The notes beneath the pieces are model-generated. The model worked only from the letters and a program-made list of their open reading frames with translations. It was not told where the DNA came from and ran no database searches. Positions 6,477 to 11,737 of a stretch of DNA of 11,737 nt are shown in pieces (within the stretch, counting starts at the first letter, position 1; each line of letters starts with the position of its first letter). Location of the stretch: positions 1-11,737 of the forward strand of contig JAHQXB010000015.1 of NCBI GenBank assembly GCA_029856435.1. The letters run 5' to 3'. The stretch is from Candidatus Jordarchaeia archaeon. GTDB lineage: Archaea > Asgardarchaeota > Jordiarchaeia > Jordiarchaeales > Jordiarchaeaceae. The position numbers were made by a program, and so were the translations under genes.

Positions 6477-8795
6477 CTAAAAATAGTTATGAGCTTCTTT
6501 AATTTCTTGTTCCTCCCATTTTGAACTAGTAGGTAATATGAAGTAAGATCCTATACTTCGGCAATATTTCGCTAAGTTATCGCTTGAAGAACCACATTTT
6601 GGGCACTTATTTTGAATACCATTAAACGATTCTAAGCAATGAAAACAATAGGTGAGGTATCTAGTAAAGGTGAAACATCCTATTTGAGTCTCTGTACAAA
6701 TTTTTTCGCTAAGATCTAACAATTTATCAGAAGAAACCTTCCTTCCAAGGGGGATATTCATTAAATGCCCACCTAAAAGCAGTTCATGAAACATACCTTC
6801 CATCCTTATTCTTTCATCGATCGTTAGAGGTGCTGAAATCCGGATATTACTAGTTGAATAATAAATGTTATTGCCTACCCCTCGCACACTAACATTCTTT
6901 TTTCCGAACATTTCAACGTCAAGCTTAGCTAACCTATTTACGTAATAGCCACTTACAGGTTGAGTTACTACCCATCTTAATCCCGTGTTAATTTTTAACT
7001 CATCTGTATACTCATTTAGATATTTTAAAATTCTTATAGCGAAATCTAAAGATGCCTTGTTATTATCTATTGATGTGCCTACATGTTTCTTAACCGCTTC
7101 ATCTAGCCCAACAAAACTTAAGGAATGAGTTGCATTATCAATTCGGTAGTATAAATCACCGTCTAAATCAGAAGTCAATGCAGGAAGTGTTCTATCATTA
7201 AACATTCTTTCTCTAATAGCTTGTGACTTTATTTTAAGCACTGCAGAAGCCATGCCCAACCTCTCATTAAGTAACTCGAAAAAAAGCGTATCATCACCAT
7301 TTGACTCATAAGAGATTCGGGGCAGGTTAACAATTACTGTTCCAAGATTCCCAGTCCTTAAAGTGTCAAGCTCCCAATCTTTGCTCCAGTCTGTGCCTAA
7401 ACGTTCCGCTGCTCCGGTATAGTTAACATTATCATTCTGCCATTTAGGTGAAAAATTTATAAAAAAGGAGTTACCCCAATTAGCTGACAATTCAAATATC
7501 TTATTTAGAATTGGTAGAATAGCATCATTTTTCCAAATATCTGGCCTTAATTTAAAAATTGTGTGACAGTTAAGAATGGGTTTTCGCGCTAAATTTTCTT
7601 CTTCCAGTAAGACTTCAATTAAAGCATCAACAAATAGCTGAGCTTCCCCCTCAAAATCTTGATATTTCCCCACAGTTTTCCAGTTTGGGCCAATTGCAGG
7701 TTTATTTTTAAGATGTTTAGGCAGTACAATTTCCAAATTAATGCTGATTGAACGACCCATATTGTGACACAATTCACTAATAAAATAACGCGTAATATTT
7801 TTAATTTCATTATATGACAGGCCTCTTAAAAAGGGAGCTATGAAAAAATTAAAATTATCTAAAGATTGTTCCCCACTTAAATCTGCTTGAAACAAGTTTA
7901 ACAGCTTAGGTAATTGCATAATTAGGGTCTTAGGGTCATTTATTCTATTTAATTGAGTAAATATTCTCTCCCCCAATCTAGATTTTAAAGATAGCAAACT
8001 GTAGATATCGTGTTGGATATTGTTGGGACGTAGTACCCAATAACTGGCATCTGGTATATGTATGGCTCCGGAGAGATGGGCATCAGCTATTTCCCTAGGT
8101 AAAATCTTTAAAAGTAGATACTGCTCTAGAACAGCATCGCCAGCCAGCTTATGTATTCTTTCAGCATTCGAAACCTCGCTCTTAGGGTTTTTTATTATGG
8201 TCGTAACATCATATACTGGAAGCCCTAAGCGTGTGAGTGCATGTCGATACTCCTCTAATCCCTTTTCTAACAAGATTGCATTAACAAATTCTCGAATTAA
8301 GGGAGCGGTTAAATATCTAATCTTAGATTTAAGTAAACGCTCTTCTGCTTCCATAGCAATATTTTCAGCAAGCTGCTTGGGAACTCTAGCTTCCCTCATC
8401 AGCGAATCCGCAATTTTTTTCCTATCAAATCGTTCTATAGCCAATCTCGACGTCCTAACGAAAAGCTCTCCTTTCTCCCTTCGACTAAATTCCTCTAGCA
8501 TTCTAATAAATTCAACTGTCTTTTCTCCCAAACTCGTTAGTGTATAGTTATTATCTTCATCACAGTCAACTAATTGAGCCTTTTTTGTCAGCTCACCAAG
8601 ATGGTAGGCAAACTTTCCCGCCTCTTTCTTTGGATCCATATCTAATAGTTGCATAATTTTAGTAAAAGAAAGGGGACTTTTCATACTAAGAACTTTTAAT
8701 ATCTGTATACGTGTTTCGCTAGATAATGCAGACAAAACCGCCGAAGTCAACTTCCAATCTTCTAATCCTTCAGACACATTAGACCCCTGTAACAT
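6477..8795 (-). CDS. Fusion of an ArsR-type winged-helix domain, an ATP-cone and a class III ribonucleotide reductase (NrdD) fold with degenerate catalytic sites
   Basis: aa ~15-102 wHTH (LSSETRIQILKVL...GKFAYHLGEL...YTLTSLG). aa ~111-195 ATP-cone (VRTS...FDRKKI...TAPLIRE...LTRLGLP). NrdD landmarks AHLSGAIHI, SGEQS, GNLGTVIVNLPR, VGLDEA, RLAKLD, GGH, and a CFHC...CPKC Zn site. The catalytic Cys positions are substituted. Confidence 0.9.
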   Translation of the reverse strand: MLQGSNVSEGLEDWKLTSAVLSALSSETRIQILKVLSMKSPLSFTKIMQLLDMDPKKEAGKFAYHLGELTKKAQLVDCDEDNNYTLTSLGEKTVEFIRMLEEFSRREKGELFVRTSRLAIERFDRKKIADSLMREARVPKQLAENIAMEAEERLLKSKIRYLTAPLIREFVNAILLEKGLEEYRHALTRLGLPVYDVTTIIKNPKSEVSNAERIHKLAGDAVLEQYLLLKILPREIADAHLSGAIHIPDASYWVLRPNNIQHDIYSLLSLKSRLGERIFTQLNRINDPKTLIMQLPKLLNLFQADLSGEQSLDNFNFFIAPFLRGLSYNEIKNITRYFISELCHNMGRSISINLEIVLPKHLKNKPAIGPNWKTVGKYQDFEGEAQLFVDALIEVLLEEENLARKPILNCHTIFKLRPDIWKNDAILPILNKIFELSANWGNSFFINFSPKWQNDNVNYTGAAERLGTDWSKDWELDTLRTGNLGTVIVNLPRISYESNGDDTLFFELLNERLGMASAVLKIKSQAIRERMFNDRTLPALTSDLDGDLYYRIDNATHSLSFVGLDEAVKKHVGTSIDNNKASLDFAIRILKYLNEYTDELKINTGLRWVVTQPVSGYYVNRLAKLDVEMFGKKNVSVRGVGNNIYYSTSNIRISAPLTIDERIRMEGMFHELLLGGHLMNIPLGRKVSSDKLLDLSEKICTETQIGCFTFTRYLTYCFHCLESFNGIQNKCPKCGSSSDNLAKYCRSIGSYFILPTSSKWEEQEIKEAHNYF

Positions 8796-8821
8796 TATTT
8801 AAATTTCTTTTATTTCAAATA

Positions 8822-9025
8822 TTACACAACTATGCTAAATTTAACTTTTGTCTCATTTTTGATGAGATATAAAAAGACTGTCTCCTTCGAAGCTTGGAAA
8901 TCGTAACACTGAAGGTGATGGAAAATGTGTATTACTGAAGTTAACATGTGGTTTATAAATGATTCAATACCAATACTTTTTGGCGGCATCCGGCAAGCAT
9001 TTTCGAAAAACGAAACAATGAACAC
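8822..9025 (-). CDS. Hypothetical 67-aa ORF, doubtful
   Basis: GTG start with GAGGTGA at 9042-9036 (10-nt spacer). No recognisable motif, and it overlaps an antisense ORF that also has an SD-like sequence. Confidence 0.2.
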   Translation of the reverse strand: MFIVSFFENACRMPPKSIGIESFINHMLTSVIHIFHHLQCYDFQASKETVFLYLIKNETKVKFSIVV

Positions 9026-9353
9026 CTATAACTTATCACCTCATTGTTCGGATACTCCATTTTAACAAACCCCAACGTCACTTTTACAAATCTAATGAGC
9101 CCAAAAAAATTGATTTTTATCTTAAAAAAGGCGGCTCCACACTCTCTCCATATCTATCTTATATGATTAAAGAAATTTTGCATACGAAGTGTATCGCGTG
9201 TAACTTTAGAATAAACCGCAAACACTTTGATGAGACGTTATAGCTCCACTCATAGCCTTCCAAAATTCAAACGCTTAAGAGAAATACCTTAAAAGAATAC
9301 CAATTTTAGCAAACAGATTTTAAATTCATATGCACATACTTACCTTTAGTTTT

Positions 9354-9773
9354 TCACTCAATCGTTTTCCTAATCAGAGGTCTAAATTTAATTGCATAAT
9401 AAACTACACCATCTTCACCGTCTTCTTTTACCTTACGAAGTGTAGCTTCTACTGGCATACCAATAAATATTTCATCGGTATCGCAGTCAGTTAATTGGCA
9501 AGTTACTTTCACCCCGTCTAATAGTTCAATTAAAGCTACAGGGTATGGTGCATATCCTTCAAAATTATTTGGTGGTTTTCTTATTATGGTATACGATAAA
9601 ACTTTTCCTCTATCTGGAAGTCTTTGAGAGCTCAACTCTTTACTTCCACAGTTTGGGCAAACAATTCTAGGTGGAAAAAAGGAGGAGTTACAATTTTTAC
9701 AAGTAACCCCTTCTAACCTGTATCTTTGAGGTATTTCCCTCCACAAATTGGGTAATCTCATTTCCTCTCCCAC
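9354..9773 (-). CDS. DUF35 protein (zinc ribbon + OB fold; acyl-CoA-binding thiolase partner)
   Basis: RYRLEGVTCKNC...FFPPRIVCPNCG, G-x-V-x-SYT, PYPVALIEL, IGMPVEATLRK, Y-x-x-KFRP. Starts 8 nt downstream of the thiolase stop. The start is GTG 9773 or ATG 9761. Confidence 0.93.
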   Translation of the reverse strand: MGEEMRLPNLWREIPQRYRLEGVTCKNCNSSFFPPRIVCPNCGSKELSSQRLPDRGKVLSYTIIRKPPNNFEGYAPYPVALIELLDGVKVTCQLTDCDTDEIFIGMPVEATLRKVKEDGEDGVVYYAIKFRPLIRKTIE

Positions 9774-9781
9774 CAGAGCAT

Positions 9782-10975
9782 TTAAACTCTTTTAAGAATA
9801 TGTACAGTTACTAAGGATCCTATGCCTGCAGCGTTTTGTATTAGTGCTACTTCTGCAGGATCCGCCTGATTTTTTCCAGCCTCGCCTCGAAGCTGAAGTG
9901 TAGCCTCTACTGCTTGATAAACGCCAGTAGCACCCATAGGGTGTCCTCTAGCCTTGAGGCCCCCACTTAAATTAGTGGGTATAGGCCCATTCAAGTCAAT
10001 TAGACCCTCCTCAACAGCTTGTCCCACTTTCCCTCTCTCGATGAGACCTAAATCTTCCAAAGCAAGGAATCCAGAAATAGTGTAGGAATCATGTATTTCA
10101 AATAAATTTATATCCGAAATTTTTAATTTAGAATGTTCCAGTGCTATCTTAGAAGCCTTTGATGTCCCATCAAAGGTAAGTATATTTTTTCTATCGTAAA
10201 GTGCTAAAGTATCTCTCGCCTGCCCCGCGCCCACTATCTCTATGGGAGTGTCTGTGAATTCTTTAGCTTTCTCCAAAGGACACAAAATAACTGCTGCTGC
10301 TCCGTCTCCAGTCGGAGCTGTATCAAATAAGGTCAGAGGGTCAGCAACTGTTTGCATATTCAACGCATCTTCCACAGATATTTCGAAGGGTAATTGAGCA
10401 TACCGGTTCTTAGCTGCATGTTTATGCATTTGAACTGCAAATAGAGCGAAGTACCTTTTTGATACATTATAATAATGCATATAGTAACGCATAATTATCG
10501 CGAATTCCCCATCAAGGGATAGACCATGAAATGCCTCATATTCCTGTTCAACTGCCATAGACCCTATTCTCCTGTTCTCCCCCCTCGTAGCTTCAGACAT
10601 TTTTTCCACCCCCACCACAATAACGAAATCATAAAGCCCTGAAGCAACTGACTTAAAGCCTTCATAAAGGGCAGCCCCACCGGACCCATCAGCACACTCC
10701 ACAAGTACACATGGTGTAGATTTTAAACCTATGGAATCAGATAGGAGAACACCAATGTTCTTCTGAGAAAAATACTCGCTTGCAGACATATTTCCTATGT
10801 ACATTGCGTCTAAGTGAGGATTGCCCGCATTTTCTATTGCATCCAAAGCAACTCCAGCGAATAGCTCGCGGAGGGATTTGCTGTAATAATTTCCGACTTT
10901 ACATAGGGAGCGACCACAGATTGCTACTCTCCGCAATATCGCAGCCTCCACTTTATGAAAGTAAATATACTCCAT
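9782..10975 (-). CDS. Archaeal/SCP2-type thiolase-fold protein (acetyl-CoA acetyltransferase family) with an altered nucleophile motif
   Basis: VGVEKM, DGAAA, EIHDSY, NLSGGLKARGHPMGATG, QN-x-x-G-x-G. The likely true start is TTG 10936 (MRRVAICG), with GGAGG 8 nt upstream. Confidence 0.92.
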   Translation of the reverse strand: MEYIYFHKVEAAILRRVAICGRSLCKVGNYYSKSLRELFAGVALDAIENAGNPHLDAMYIGNMSASEYFSQKNIGVLLSDSIGLKSTPCVLVECADGSGGAALYEGFKSVASGLYDFVIVVGVEKMSEATRGENRRIGSMAVEQEYEAFHGLSLDGEFAIIMRYYMHYYNVSKRYFALFAVQMHKHAAKNRYAQLPFEISVEDALNMQTVADPLTLFDTAPTGDGAAAVILCPLEKAKEFTDTPIEIVGAGQARDTLALYDRKNILTFDGTSKASKIALEHSKLKISDINLFEIHDSYTISGFLALEDLGLIERGKVGQAVEEGLIDLNGPIPTNLSGGLKARGHPMGATGVYQAVEATLQLRGEAGKNQADPAEVALIQNAAGIGSLVTVHILKRV

Positions 10976-11279
10976 TAACTCATTCTAAACATTTTTCTAG
11001 CAAATGGCAAATGAGCGATAGCCCTCGAAAGTATTTTTACTCAGGGACGGCTTTTGACAATTTTCCCTTTTCACTTTTTATTCACAAACGGAAATCAACT
11101 GCCAATCGAAATACGTGTTTGACTACCTTTATTTGTTCAACTTCGCCTTAATAAAGGGTTGAATATTTATAATTCCAAGACGCATATTAGAATCTTCCGC
11201 AAACTTGCTGAAAATTTCAGTTTAGACCTTAATTTAAAAGACAATTTCTAGTTAAAAGGAACTTGTTAAAAAAATAATT

Positions 11280-11737
11280 GGCGTTGGGGGTGTTTTGCCC
11301 TTTTTTGTGTTCCCGTGCTTGTTTGGGGTGTATGTTTCTCTCTCTACTCTACATATTCCAGTCTTCTTGTAGTGGGGGCTGTGAGGCGGACTAAATGGGG
11401 TGGACTAAGCCTGTTTTTCCACAGATTGTCTGCTCTATGAACTGGAGTAGGGCTACTTCCTCAGGAGGCGGTTTTCCGAGGGGAACGAAGAAGCGCCTCA
11501 TCCCAAGGAGGAACAATACACGCTCGATGTTGTGATAAATAGCCCCCAGCTTGAGGACCTTGTCATAATTCTCCTGCTCCCCGTAGTGACTTGTTTTGCC
11601 CGCTCTGGCCTCCATGTTGGCGAAGTTTCGTTCCACCAGCTTTCTCCAGCAGTACAGGTTTTGGTCAAACACCTCCCTGCAGCGTCTAAACACCGCTCCC
11701 CCGTAGTCTTCTCCCCCCCACTTTTTAGGCCTTATGT
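11280..11737 (-). mobile_element. IS5/IS4-like DDE insertion sequence, 3' part, truncated by the window edge
   Basis: Composition shifts to higher GC at about 11280, and the region contains a transposase C-terminus. The left boundary is approximate and no inverted repeat can be confirmed. Confidence 0.6.
11391..11735 (-). CDS. DDE transposase C-terminal fragment (frame open to the window edge)
   Basis: IRPKKWGGEDYGGAVFRRCREVFDQNLYCWRKLVERNFANMEARAG...IYHNI fits the FD...Y-xx-R-xx-VE-xx-F...G...N pattern around the catalytic Glu of IS5/IS4-type transposases. Confidence 0.7.
   Translation of the reverse strand: MRPKKWGGEDYGGAVFRRCREVFDQNLYCWRKLVERNFANMEARAGKTSHYGEQENYDKVLKLGAIYHNIERVLFLLGMRRFFVPLGKPPPEEVALLQFIEQTICGKTGLVHPI

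Noticed and set aside
6477-8795. Annotation as a functional anaerobic ribonucleotide reductase (nrdD)
   Set aside because: Both catalytic Cys regions lack Cys and the RxxGY motif is altered, so I withheld the gene symbol.
6477-8795. Decaying pseudogene or intein-containing RNR
   Set aside because: The frame is uninterrupted with the Zn site and ATP-cone retained. I saw no intein-like C...HN/C ends or LAGLIDADG motifs, and the length is explained by the three domains.
7619-11151. ORFs 7619..7810, 8062..8547 and 10780..11151
   Set aside because: Alternative-frame or antisense overlaps of well-supported genes, with no recognisable domain.
1-11737. Composite transposon carrying the whole block between two IS elements
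   Set aside because: The two transposases belong to different families and the cargo is core housekeeping genes. IS fragments at both edges are more simply explained by assembly breaks at repeats.

Overview
An AT-rich block of archaeal housekeeping genes with a more GC-rich, truncated IS transposase at each edge (ISH3-like on the left, IS5/DDE-like on the right). Elf1, GGAGG/GGTGA Shine-Dalgarno motifs and bulge-helix-bulge (BHB) tRNA introns point to a TACK/Asgard-type archaeon (inference). Gene order: IS remnant, archease (+), tRNA-Ser(UGA) with three non-canonical introns (-), carbon-nitrogen hydrolase (-) divergent from NAD+ synthetase (+), Elf1 (+), DUF92 membrane protein (-) divergent from a DPM1-like GT2 (+), an uncalled 24-aa basic ORF with a strong SD (+), a 772-aa wHTH + ATP-cone + NrdD-fold fusion (-), DUF35 (-), thiolase-fold protein (-), IS remnant. 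The best candidate for an undescribed system is the NrdD-like fusion. It has lost both catalytic cysteines, has an altered glycyl-radical motif and carries an ArsR-type DNA-binding domain, so it looks like a ribonucleotide reductase converted into a (d)NTP-sensing transcription factor. All family assignments come from motif recognition by eye; no database searches were run.
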